DNA of 57,178 nucleotides from Gekko japonicus (lineage: Eukaryota): assembly GCF_001447785.1 (NCBI RefSeq), contig NW_015170896.1:108575-165752 (forward strand), given 5' to 3'. This document shows positions 35,898 through 47,939 of this stretch, piece by piece (the stretch's first letter is position 1; the number at the start of each line of letters is the position of its first letter). The notes below the pieces were generated by a model. That model did not search any database and had not been told where the DNA came from. It saw only the letters and a program-made list of their open reading frames with translations. Position numbers and translations under genes: made by a program.

Positions 35898-37205
35898 AAG
35901 TTGTATGTGTTCAGGATTCCTCATCCTGAGAATGTCTGTTTTTGTTCTTTGTGTAAAAGAAGACAAGATTCTAATCCTCAAGGCTACAGAGATATGTAGG
36001 GTAGCATTCCTCATCCTGAGAATGTCTGCTTTTGTTCTTTGAGGATTCTAGTCCTCAAGGCTACAGAGATATGTAGGGTAGCCTGATGAAATCTCTGAAT
36101 CCATTAATATAGATCTTTTAATTTGCAAAGCACTTTATAGTGTTGATTGTGTTTTGCCTGCATGACAATCTTATGGGGTAGGGCTATTTTATCCCCATTT
36201 TACAGGTGAGGAGCTAAGACTGAGACATAATAAGGAGCTGGAGGCAGGAAAGCCAAGACGCAAATCCAGTGCAGCCAGATTTGTTTGTTTATTTATAAAC
36301 CACTTTTCTCCCCAGTGGGGACTCTTAAGTAGCTTGCTACATCTCTGTCCCCTCCCCCACTTTATCTTCACAATAACAACCCTGTGAAGTAGGTTAGACT
36401 GAGAGAGAGAGTGACTGACCCAAAGGTCACCCAGCAAGATTCCACGGCAGCAGTGTTAGTGTGAGCCAGCTCAGGTTTTTAGCCTCCAGCTCACAGATTT
36501 TTGTCTTAGCTCAGGAAGGATGTCTCAGAGCAAACAAATCTATGCGGTAGCCAAATCGCTTGCTCACAACTGTAATGCCAGTAGCTCACAAGGCAGCATT
36601 TTTGCTCACAAGACTCCACAGCTTAGAGGGAGCATTGCATGGCAGAGTGAGGATTTGTACCTAGTTCTCCCTCCAGCTGGTTATTGTGCCTCAGTCTTAG
36701 TTCCCCACCTGTAAAATGGGAATAAAAAAGTCCCACCCCATAAAATGGTCATGCAGACAAAACACAATCAATACTATAAAGTGCTTTGCAAATTAAAAGA
36801 TCTATATTAATGATAAGCAACAGAACTGGGTTCCGTCAAGAGGATTAGACTTTCATATTATTTATTGACCGGTAAGAGTAGGGATGTATTTAGTCTGCAC
36901 TGGGGGAGAAAATCCATATTTCTGCATCAGGAAAAACATAACCTGTAGACACTTGCTTATTCATTATGCATAATATATTCTGTTCCTTGTTCTACTTATG
37001 GGGAGGAGCAAAGAGTGGTGGGAGACGGCTGAAACCCCATCTGCTGGCTACAGGAAATCCTGTTCAAGCTCCTCACTGGATTCTGAGACTTCATCAGGCT
37101 TCCCAACACATCTCTGTAGCCTTGAGGACTAGAATCTTGTCTTATTTTTTAAAAAAGAACAAAGCAGAGATTCTCACGATGAGGAATCCTGTATACATAC
37201 AACTA
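35898..37205. repeat. Old, interrupted inverted duplication (~300-bp arms)
   Basis: 35898-36245 is the reverse complement of 37077-37205 plus 36670-36812. Confidence 0.8.
36451..36637 (+). mobile_element. hAT MITE family A copy (left end partly deleted), inside a SINE remnant
   Basis: TSD CACGGCAG/CATGGCAG. Confidence 0.8.
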
Positions 37206-38027
37206 GTCTAACGCTCTAACCAGTACCCCATGTTGCCTCTCCGTGTCTAACTCCTTATCCACTGATTTACAATCCAATCTGTCCAGCTCTGAACTGCAGG
37301 ATCCCTGGTGGATCAGAGATAAATGGTAGCAATGCAGACTGCATTTGGAAGAAAGGATGGGGGAAACCCCTGAACGTGAATCTGGCGTGGCTGAAAACTC
37401 TTTTAGAGGTGAGGAATCTGAACAGTCAGTGACCTCCTTCCCCACTATTAACATGAACGTGATCTGCTGCGGAGATCTCGCGGCAGATCAGTCCCTGTAG
37501 ATCAGCTCTGCCCGTCTCCCATCTGCCAGCCGTAATGGTGCCCAAAATCATCTGCCGGAGGCAGCTTTTTCACCTTACCTCATAGCGGGGCTGCATCTGA
37601 CTTGAGCCAAGGTTTTGTTCCACTTGACAAAAAGGGTCCAAGTTTTGGGAACGAAGAGTTGCCCACAGGATGTATTTAATGGATCTTGGGCAGGAGATTG
37701 GTTGTATTAAGAGGCATGGCTTGGCCGGGATGGAGGCCCCAAAACTGGCAAACACAACCATCCATCTTAACCTTCCTGTCCTATTTGCCTTCCTTTGCTG
37801 TCTACACAAGCTCTGCACAGTATCTTGCGATTCAGTATGGGAGGCAGTGCTGTTGTGATGCAACATAGGTAGAGAAGAGCCTTGGGAAACCTGTACTCGG
37901 TTTGTTGCTCAGCCACTGATCCAGCGGGGCTCTTCTTATTGTCTTGTGAGCAGTCTTAGGGCCAAGTCTCAGTGCCCTTAGTTCTCCAAGTTGTAAAATG
38001 GGAAGGGTCGTCAACATGAGGATTTAC

Positions 38028-38484
38028 GTCCTGACCTGGATAGCCCAGGCAAGCCCGGTCTCGTCAGATCTCGGAAGCTAAGCAGGGCCGACCCTGGCAA
38101 GTATTTGGATGGGAGACCTTCGAAGAATACCAGGGTCGGGAGCAGTGTTCCCTCTAAGCTGAGTTAGTGTGAGCCAGCTCACAGTTCTTTAGCCTCCGGC
38201 TCACACATTTTTGTCTTTGCTCAGGAAGGAGGGCTCCAGAGCAAACTAATTTATGCAGGAGCCAGATCGCTCGCCCACAACTTTAATACCAGTGTAGCTC
38301 ACAAAGTAGAATTTTTGCTCACAAGACTCCGTGGTTTAGAGGGAACATTGGTCGGGAGGCAGAGGCGGGCTATCAAGCCACTTCTCTGAATGTCCTCCAT
38401 GCCCCAGTAGGAGTCGCCAGAGGTCAGTATGACTTCCAGGCCCGGTCACATGCACACACAGATGCAAAAATACCAAAAAAAAGT
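38028..38484 (+). mobile_element. 5S-headed SINE (different 3' body, A-rich tail) containing a hAT MITE
   Basis: GCCCGGTCTCGTCAGATCTCGGAAGCTAAGCAGGGCCG...TTGGATGGGAGACC; TSD TGAGGATTTAC (38017-27 / 38485-95). Confidence 0.85.
38143..38350 (+). mobile_element. hAT MITE family A copy
   Basis: TIRs; perfect TSD GTCGGGAG. Confidence 0.9.
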
Positions 38485-40814
38485 TGAGGATTTACACACT
38501 CGGCCGCTAAAGTCTGAGTGCCCTACCACTGTGCTTTTCAGACTGTGTTGTAAGGTCATTTGGTGGGGCTCCCAATACTACATGGGCTGGATCCAGACTT
38601 AAGTGGTAATTTCCATCGGTGACAACTTCCCACTGCAGACCCCATTTCATGATGTTCCTCAGGGTCCTCTATCATGCTGGAGCACTATGCCATGAAGTTC
38701 TGCTGTGCAAGGGAGGAAGCAGGAGAGTTCCATTCCGCCACTGGAAAATTTAGGCTGAGTCCAGCCCCCTGATGGCAACTTCTCATTTTGCATGGAGCAC
38801 CCATGAAAATTGCAGACAGTGTGAGATCAGTCTTGCTTGCACAGCCAGCTTATTCTGAATTAATCTGCCCCACTGAGGGTATTCTTCCCCTCCCTCCAAA
38901 AATAGCCCTGGAGTTGGCACTGGACTCTGTAGTGCAGTCAGCTTGTCCAGGGCAATACCAAGCCCAACAGACCCGACTGGCTTGAACTGACTGTGCTTCA
39001 AAACCCTTTGGCGTTGCACATGAGTTCCTCCGTGGAATGATGTTGAGCACTTTCCTTTGTGGGGAGGAAGTTTGAAAGACGCCTGTGCCCCACCCCAGCT
39101 TCACCTCTTCCTCTCTCTGCATCCCAGATTCTTGTCACAGTTTGTGGCTGCTGATGTGGCGCAGAAGCTTCCTGTTGCTCCACTGCAGGGAAAGACCTGA
39201 TTTTGTTGTTATTCAGGCCATCAATATCTAGGGTAGCCCATCTTGGCCGTGGATTAAGTTTGTCCTTCCAAAATGACTCATGTGTGAACATCGAAGGGCT
39301 CTTTTTGGCAATTTTGGAGCTACTTTTGATTAAGAAAATTGTTCCTTCTGTGGAGCGATGGGGGCGGAGGGGGAGAGGAGGAGGAGGCCAGGTTGGCACT
39401 CATGCTGGGAAAGGTGATTTAGAAGCCCTGGAGCATTTTAGTTTGATTTACATTTTGGAATTGATCCACTTGTGGTTTGTGGGGAAAGGGGCTGGATCAG
39501 GACTGAAGGGCGTTTGCTGAAACATACTTTGCCCACCTCACTCCTCTGAGTGGAGCAAGGTGTGTGTGTGTGTGAAGAACAAGAAGAAGAACCTGGCTGC
39601 TCTTGCATAGCTGGGGGAGGCACTCTTGCAGCCCTTTCTGCATGTGGAAAGAGCATCTCAAATACCCAAGATGCACTGGGGCTTGAGTAGCAGATGGGTC
39701 CCTCTATGAGCTGGCAAGGACAACAGGGTTGCTGGCAGGGAATCCCATAAGGGATACAGTCATGCTCATCCCCAGCAAAGGCTGAGAGCCAGGATGCTTG
39801 GGTTCCCTAGAAATGGGGGGGGGGAATGGGTCTGTGATTCAAGTGTTTGTGGGTTCTTTCAGGGAGGAATTGGGTTTTGGGGTGAGTGGGGGAGAGGGAC
39901 CCGAAGAGCTGGGCCTTCTGAAGACTTTGGGGGTCGTTGGGGAAAGAATTCACAGCAAGAAAAGAGAAAGGGGTGTTTGGTGCCTTCAGGAGCAGGGGAA
40001 GTAGGGGACAGCCATGTGGAATGGGCAGGACAGGAGAGGGGTGTCAGCTGTGATGTGCCAGCTTGTGTGGTTGGGGAGCCACAACTGGATTATTCTCTGG
40101 ATAGCACAGAGGGAAGAGAATTTCAGAGCACAAGCAGCTGACCACCTCTCTCACCCCCTTGTCTACACACACAGAGAGGGAATCCACGCCCCCTGTTCTT
40201 CATGGCCCACTCACCCAGTAAATCCACAAAGACAGACAACAAGGTGTAGGCGAGGGAAGGCCCTTGGGGGCTCACGGCCAATTCCTGCCATGCTGTCCAA
40301 CAGCTCCCGTTGCCCTGGGCCAGAAAGGCCATTTGCAGCCAACGCAGTGGAGGAACAAAGTTTCCACTAATTGGCCCGGAGCTTGGTTCTGCACTGAACA
40401 TAATGAGAAGAGAGAAGAGGGAAACGGTCTAGATTTTCTCCGGAGAGACAACAGTTTCCCTCTCCGGACTACCCACAACCACCCGGTCCACAGGTTGACT
40501 TCAGTTGCTGTAACCATGATAACAACAATGCAGTTTTCACCTCAGTCCCTGTTCTGCTGGTCAGTGCCTTTCTGTTCCCATGGTAGAACTCCATTTTTTT
40601 TAATCCTTCCCTTCCTCTAAGGAGGTCATGGCAACACATGTACTTCTGCCTCCCCCCATATATTTCTTTCAACTCGCAATGCCCCCACAAGGTAAGGTCA
40701 GCTGAAAAACTAAAGGACCGGTCGAAGGACACCCATTGAGCTTTTTAAGAAATAGCTGAGTGAGAACTTGAGCCCATGTCTCCCTGGTCCTAGTCCAGCA
40801 CTCTAGCTACTACA

Positions 40815-41101
40815 AGAGCCATCTTGGTGTAGTGGTTAAGTGTGCGGACTCTAATCTGGGAGAACCGGGTTTGATTCCCCACTCCTCCACTTGCACCTGC
40901 TGGATGACCTTCGGCAAGCCATAGTTCTGATAAGAGTTGTTCTTGAAAAAGACCAGTTTCTGTCAGAGCTCTCTCAGCCCCACCTACCTCACAGGGTGTC
41001 TGTTCTGGGGTGGGGAAGGGAAAGGAGTTTGTAAACTGCTCTGGGACATCTTTGGGTAGTGAAGGGTGGGGTATAAATCCAATCTCCTCCTCCTCCTCCT
41101 T
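40815..41101 (+). mobile_element. Squam3-like SINE
   Basis: Same family as 28194; (TCC)n tail. Confidence 0.75.
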
Positions 41102-42137
41102 CTCTGCTTTGCCTCTCCTGTGGTAACAACTTCTGTGTCTCTATCAAGAAAATTTTTTGCATCAGTGCTGGCAAAACAGAAAGGCTAGGGTTCTGGGGCT
41201 CCGTCAGAGATAGCAGAGTGGGAGACGTCTGACTCGTACCAAGGTTACAATGCGCTGGGAAGTCCCCCTGTGCAGTTCCCTTTTCAATTAACGAGATCTG
41301 CTCTGTATTAATTAGCGTGTGTATGCCAAGGTGACATTGGATTGGGGGGGGGGGGCTTAGGTATCAACATTTTGGGGCTGGCACTGTTCTGTATGCCATG
41401 CTGATGTGAAAGCCCCAGGACTGGGGCCAGTAAATATGTTTGTAACCTTAGGAATACTTTTGCTGTGAAAGAAAAACCCTTTTTATTCCCTGGGTACTTT
41501 GGTGCAAGAAATGGGTGCTCATAATCTACCCCTCCCCCAAAAAAGTAAAGGAGAGAAGATTCTGGAAGCAGCTGAGCTTTGCTGTGAGGAGGCCGCTGTT
41601 TTTGCTTATTGTTTTGGCCGCATTTTAACTGTCTACATGAGCATCCTTGTGGTACAGTGAGAAAGCACTCACCTTGAAAAGACCTGGGGGGAAACGCAAA
41701 TCAACTAAATCTAAAAAAAAATATTACTAAAAGTGGTGCAGGCAAGGTGAGAGGAAATTGTGTCTCTTGTCATCAATGATGTCACGGGCACTATCCAATC
41801 AGTACCTGAGAAGACACTTAACCACTTTAACATACAGCAATCTCAGCAACACTGGATGTGCTGGCTGGGAAGGCCAGATTACCTCAATTTCCCCAGCAAC
41901 ACCTCTGTTTCCTTTTCAGTGCAGGGAAAATGAGATTTCCTAGCAAATATGGAAATATGGAAAATAAATAATCTGTTTAAGCCCAAATAAAGAGACTTGA
42001 ACACTCCATGGTCTCCCGGCATTAAGATTTTGCCTCTTCTGGGATCGCTTAAGAGAAAACTCAGTTGCTGACTGGAATCTCAGATCTTGCAAAGAGACTG
42101 AGATTTTCCTGCCTGTCACCCACACCACCGCAGCCCT

Positions 42138-42151
42138 GTCGCCATGGCAAC
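42138..42151. promoter_or_regulatory. RFX X-box
   Basis: GTCGCCATGGCAAC, one mismatch from the palindrome GTTGCCATGGCAAC. Confidence 0.5.
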
Positions 42152-43613
42152 TGCTAGATTACTTTGCCTCATCCAGACTGGTTTCGGATTCTTCCCAGCT
42201 GGGGACCACTCCAGCACTCCAGCTGCCTATCACTTCTTTGGACCTTCCCAGCGAACGAGTTGCTCAAGTGTGAGGAGAAAAAACATTGTTTTAGTCAGGC
42301 CTAGTTAGATCTTGTTCGAAGTTTGCTATTTTAGATCTGGGCACAAGAGTTTAAGAAAGGTGCCAGCAGCAAAATCAGGGGAGAATCCCTCAGATGACAA
42401 AGGGGTGGAAAAGACAAATCGACAGAACAAAGGAAGTGGAAGCGAAAGGAGCCTGTTTAAGCTTAGGGCCATGGTTTCCAAAACCTCATCCTTAGGATTC
42501 TTCTTCTGCAATACATCGGGATTCCGCGAGAGAAGCGCAGGGTTTACTCAGCCAAGAAATCGATGTGGAAAGAGGCCCCCTGAGGGTAGGAAGTGTGAAA
42601 AGATTGTGGGAGAGCAGCGTATGTGACAGTTGTCAATTATTTATAGAATGTCATAAAGAGCCGGAGCAATCGTCCATCCTGTTTGCTAAGGAGCAGGGTA
42701 AGAATCCATGGGATGAATTGCCAGATGACTGGATTTTTGCGTGGATGTGGGTGGGTGTGCAAGAAATGAGCAGTTGTGGATTATTCATTGCACAGGATCT
42801 TTCCAGGCACCTATGTTCAAAGCAGTAGGTCTGTTGCGGGGTTAGTTTGTTTTGCCAGCATTCAAAAAGATCAGTATTTTGTCCTTGGGAGGGGGGAGAA
42901 ATTCTTCCTTCACCAGTGCCAACAATTACGGATTCAAGTGTTATGTGATGTATGATTGGGCAAGTATGTCAGGTAGGTAATGGATATCTCCTGTGACATC
43001 ACTAAGACATGATTTCTCCCATCCATGATGTCAGGATCATTCTATTACCTTTTATTCTGGGACCTTTTTGGAAATTATTATGTTTCTTTTTCACTTAATG
43101 TTATATGTATATAGCACGGGAGGGCTTCATCTAGTCTTTCTATGTATCTCACACTGGTAAAACTATCTCCCCTCCAGCAATGCCCCTCAGTTTCATAGCG
43201 TTTTCTTTCTTTGAAGACTGTTCTCCCATTTTTTGGAATAATTTCCCCATGAGATATCTATCCTAGATAATCAATCTAGGATAGCTTCCCTCTTTCAAAG
43301 TATCAACTGATAGGTGTCATTCACAGAAAATAACAATTGTTAGCATACACAGGGGTTGTTTCCTCAAAACAGAGGGGCCTTCTTTAACCTTCTCTGTAGA
43401 GATCCGAACAAGTAATGAAGAAGACAACAGGCCTTATTTTAAGGGGTATCCCTTATTTTAAGAGAGTGTTGTGTGTCGGAGATCATCACCATCTATATAA
43501 AACAAAATGGATTTTATTGCAGACCATCCGAGCACAGGGGTGGAAGACTCAAAGCTCCTATATATGCTTTATTTTTACATTTTTGATCTATACTGTCTGG
43601 TTCAAATTAGTCA

Positions 43614-44106
43614 AGCAAACAGAGGGGGGTGCAGTATGATATGGATGCACACAGAATAGAATTACTGCAACCAGTGCATATAACAAACATGTATTAACTA
43701 TATTAATGCTTTTACAAATTGTATTCACAGAAAGATAAAGCCAATATTAATAAAGATGGATGGATGATGAGACGAACTCCCCCGGAGTTGACATTCGTTT
43801 CGATGATACGTCTTTTTCACATCAGGCTGATCGGCCCGTATTTGTTATTATGCTTGAGAACATCTTATGAATAACTTCACTATGTATTGGGAGTTAAGAA
43901 AGAATCAGTTTTGGGAGACCCATGTCCTTATGAAGACACATTTGCTTGATGTGAAAAAGACGTATCATCGAAACAAATGTCAACTCTGGGGGAGTTTGTC
44001 TCATCATCCATCCATCTTTATTAATATTGGCTTTATCTTTCTGTGAATACAATTTGTAAAAGCATTAATATAGTTAATACATGTTTGTTATATGCACTGG
44101 TTGTAG
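43614..44106. mobile_element. Palindromic insertion (164-bp arms), probably Penelope-like
   Basis: Arms 43664-43827 and 43944-44107; flanking 16-bp direct repeat TGGTTCAAATTAGTCA. Confidence 0.65.
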
Positions 44107-44177
44107 TGGTTCAAATTAGTCAGCCAAAACATGCCCCTCTGTGCCTGCTTTCTCTTGGGGCATTTCTACACTAACCA

Positions 44178-44575
44178 TTTTATTTATTTATTTATTTGTT
44201 CAACTTTTATCCCGCCCTTCCGCCGAAGCGGCTCAGGGCGACTCACAGCATTAATAAAACCAACATGAATAAAACATCAGTCCATAAAACAACTTTACAT
44301 AAATACAATAAATATAAGTAAAAGTGTTTCAGTAAATCATTACAATTAGACATCGACCACATTGTTCACTACTTATACAGAATACATATCTTAGCAGGTC
44401 GGCACTCTTGGCTGGCATACCGTCGCTCTCACTGGTATGCCCGGCGGAAAAGCTCTGTCTTCACGGCCCTGCAGAATTGCTGGAGATCTCGCAGGGCCTG
44501 GATCTCACTAGGGAGCTCATTCCAATATGCTGGTGCAGCTAGCAAAAAATGCTCTAGACCTAGTTGTTGTCAACG
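44178..44575 (-). mobile_element. L2-like LINE 3' end
   Basis: (TTTA)n tail, CCCGCCCTT...GGCTCAGGGCG terminal motif, similarity to the 29795 fragment. Confidence 0.6.
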
Positions 44576-44612
44576 AGGGATGCCAGCCTCCTAAAAATAA
44601 AATTAAAAAAAT

Positions 44613-44859
44613 TAGGGATGCCATCCTCCAGGTAGAACCTGCAGATCCCCCAGAATTACAGCTCATCTCCAGACTGCAGAGATCAGTCCCCCTGGAGAAA
44701 ACAGATGTCTTGGAGGGTGGACTCTGTGGCATTGTACCCCACTGAGGTCCCCGTCCTTCCCAGTCTCCATCTCCAAATCTCTAGGAGTTTCCCAGACTGG
44801 ATCTGGCAACCCTACCCCCAAAGCTTCCGAAGGTGGTCTGGGGGGACCTGGCAACCCTA
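44613..44859. mobile_element. hAT MITE family B copy
   Basis: TAGGGATGCCA...GGCAACCCTA ends; body shared with 49844 and 52542. Confidence 0.75.
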
Positions 44860-45096
44860 ATTTTAATTGTGCTATTATCATGCTTTCCCCAAAGGAACAT
44901 TTGATTAGAGGGGCCTAGTCTTGTCAAAGAACTACAATTCCCAGAGTTCCCTGAGTGAGAACTCTTACTAATGTATATAGGGAATTCTCTCTGCACTCAA
45001 AAACGTATTGATAAAGATGTCAAATTTCCCCATTTCAGTGCTTAACTATGCTTGGGATTTAAAAAAAAACACAGTTAAACTAGTTATTAATGTTCA

Positions 45097-45806
45097 GTAA
45101 CTTAACTTGAGTACCAAACACTTGACAGCAAATGTCTCTGAGGTGGTGTGCTATCTTGTAAAACCACGTGAAGAATTTCATCCATGTGAGTGAGGGGTTT
45201 TTTTTCTGGTATGGTAGTTCCACTGAGGCGAATTGTTAAACAAAGTTTAAATTTGGTTAAAAACATTTTTGAAATTGAAACCTGAAGTGTTGAACTTAAT
45301 TCTTGCCAATAGCATTCAAAGATGATAAAAGTTAAGGTAACTTAACCTGAGTACCAAACACTTGACAGCAAATGTCTCTGAGGTGGTGTGCTATCTTGTA
45401 AAACCACGTGAAGAATTTCATCCATGTGAGGGTTTTTTTTTCTGGTATGGGAGTTCCACTGAGGCGAATTGTTGAACAAAGTTTAAATTTGGTTAAAAAC
45501 ATTTTTGAAATTGAAACCTGAAGTGTTGAACTTAATTCTTGCCAATAGCATTCAAAGATGATAAAAGTTAAGGTAACTTAACCTGAGTACCAAACACTTG
45601 ACAGCAAATGTCTCTGAGGTGGTGTGCTATCTTGTAAAACCACGTGAAGAATTTCATCCATATGAGGATTTTTTTCTGGTATGGGAGTTCCACTGAGGCG
45701 AATTGTTGCACAAAGTTTAAATTTGGTTAAAAACATTTTTGAAATTGACACCTGAAATGTTGAGCTTAATTCTAGCCAATAGCATTCAAAGACAATAAAA
45801 GTTAAG
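45097..45806. repeat. Tandem triplication, ~237-bp unit
   Basis: Units start GTAACTTAAC at 45097, 45337 and 45573. Confidence 0.95.
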
Positions 45807-46031
45807 ACTGTGCTTTTGTGAAAACAAACAGAAAGACTCCATCTTTCACAGTGTCTGTGAATGTAAACAATACTTTGCTTAGGAAAATGTCAATCTGGAT
45901 ATTCACAGGAAAGTTTAAGTTAATGGAATTTTCAGATCAGGGAATTTTGGGAAACTGGGCTTCCAGAAGCTAAGGTTTTTATGTTCGCCTAACTTTTCTC
46001 TTTTTGCTTTTCTCCCCACCCCCCTTCACAG

Positions 46032-46226
46032 ATTCAAAGCAGAATGGTGATGCAGCCAATGCAGCATTAGCCAACGAAGACTGCCCCACCATTGACCAGG
46101 CCCTGTCACCTGAAGAGAAGTCGCCTGTCACGCCTGGTGGCCGGGAGCGCTACAACCGTGACCGAGCCTGCTTCCTCCTCTCCACGGGTGACTTTGGGCA
46201 GTCGCCTGATGGGAACATCCGAAAAG
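46032..46226 (+). CDS. KCNC3: KCNC3 coding exon 3: distal C-terminus
   Basis: Branch-like CCTAAC, pyrimidine tract and CACAG|AT acceptor (phase 1, matches exon 2). Encodes (D)[64 protein letters not shown], a Kv3.3-type segment. Donor G|GTACAA at 46227. Confidence 0.92.
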
Positions 46227-46661
46227 GTACAAGCAACATACATGTGCATCATTTTTGGCCTGCCTCGTTTGCAAAGGCATGAACCATAACCTCTAAACAT
46301 ATATTCCAAGTATGACATCTTCCCCACCCTGTCCATAATCCTCACCTTCCCAAAATCTAGCATTGCTGCCATTCTGAGGAGAAAAAAAAGGGGCCAATAT
46401 GCATATATTGGTTTACTTGAATATGAGCCTAATATTGGGGCCAATCTGCAGGAAACAAGACAGGGAAAACGAAAGGCGAGTTCAGAGTATGGAGCAGATG
46501 GTGTCCTAGCAACCGCTTGTCCTCCATTTTCTCACTTTTACCTCTTTAGCAATGGCATGCATTGGTCATGGAATACTGCCCTCTATAATCTCTTTTAAAA
46601 GGGCAACCCAATGGCATGATCTCTTTGAGTGTCTTTGTAGGGAGGGGAAAGCAACTCCTGC

Positions 46662-47199
46662 CTCCCAACATGCCCTGGTCTTACCCATTATTTTCACAAC
46701 CTCCTAGACCATCAGTTCAACCATGTTACACTTCCTGTGCATACACACTCCACACTCCATTTACCTTGTCCTCCTCTACATAGGTATGCTTTCCTAGTCT
46801 ATGTTTAGTGTCCTCTGAACTGTACCGCTCCACCATACTCCCTCCTTGTATGTGTTTCATTCTGTTTTGTAGTATACCAGAGTTCTTCATCTCCCTGATG
46901 CAGCCATTTTGAAGGAAAGGGACTCCAAGGCTCCCAACATGCCCTGGTCTTACCCATTATTTTCACAACCTCCTAGACCATCAGTTCAACCATGTTACAC
47001 TTCCTGTGCATACACACTCCACACTCCATTTACCTTGTCCTCCTCTACATAGGTATGCTTTCCTAGTCTATGTTTAGTGTCCTCTGAACTTTACCGCTCC
47101 ACCATACTCCTTCCTTGTGTGTGTTTCATTCTGTTTTGTAGTATACCGGAGTTCTTCACCTCCCTGACACAGCCATTTTGAAGGAAAGGGACTCCAAGG
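46662..47199. repeat. Tandem duplication, 2 x ~269 bp
   Basis: Units start CTCCCAACATGCCC at 46662 and 46931. Confidence 0.93.
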
Positions 47200-47494
47200 G
47201 CAGCAGTTTGTGTACCGGAAAAACTTAATTTGTGATGATTGTGAGGGTATGACGTGGTCGTAGCATATTAGGAAGCTTTTCTCCCCTTCTGCTGTCGGGC
47301 TCCCCAAATTAGATAGTAGGAACCAGATGACTTGAGTTCAAATTTCTGCTGAAGGAAAAAATTATTTGAAGAGCTTCAGTGGATTATTCTGCTGTAAATT
47401 CCCCATATGAGAAACAGGAAAATAGTAAGCTACCTGCCAGGATCGTTGTAAGAAAAACTTGTTCCTACTCTTGAGTTCTGAGCAGGGTGGTTGG

Positions 47495-47939
47495 CTGTGA
47501 ACCTATCAAATCTACCTCAGTTAGAAAAATACAGTTTCAGAATTGGGTGCAGAAACTGTTTAGTGGGGATGTGAACCCCTGTATATGGTATCCTTCCCCC
47601 TTGCCTCCAGCACCTTCTGGACAACTGTTTATGATTCTGAATATTGAACTGGAATTCAGTAAGGAAGTCAAGGCAGGGGTGAAATTGGAGCAGGATCCAG
47701 AGATGCTGTGTAGGATACTGTGAACCTATCAAATCTACATCAGTTAGAAAATACAGTTTCGGAATTGGGTGCAGAAACTGTTTAATGGGAATGTGAACCC
47801 CTGTATACGGTATCCTTCCCCCTTGCCTCCAGCACCTTCTGGACAACTGTTTATGATTCTGAATATTGAACTGGAATTCAGTAAGGAAGTCAAGGCAGGG
47901 GTGAAATTGGAGCAGGATCCAGAGATGCTGTGTAGGATA
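47495..47939. repeat. Tandem duplication, 2 x ~223 bp
   Basis: Units start CTGTGAACCTATC at 47495 and 47718. Confidence 0.93.

Noticed and set aside
38045-38140. 5S rRNA gene
   Set aside because: Lacks the 5S 5' end and the T-run terminator, continues into a SINE body and has TSDs. It is a SINE head.
45097-45806. CRISPR-like array
   Set aside because: Eukaryotic context; long contiguous units with no unique spacers.
12856-46226. Assignment as KCNC1 or KCNC4
   Set aside because: GNKPPSK resembles Kv3.4 and ALANEDCP resembles Kv3.1, but [15 protein letters not shown] with [25 protein letters not shown] and KSP.TPG...RDRACFLL together fit Kv3.3. A phylogeny or synteny check would confirm.
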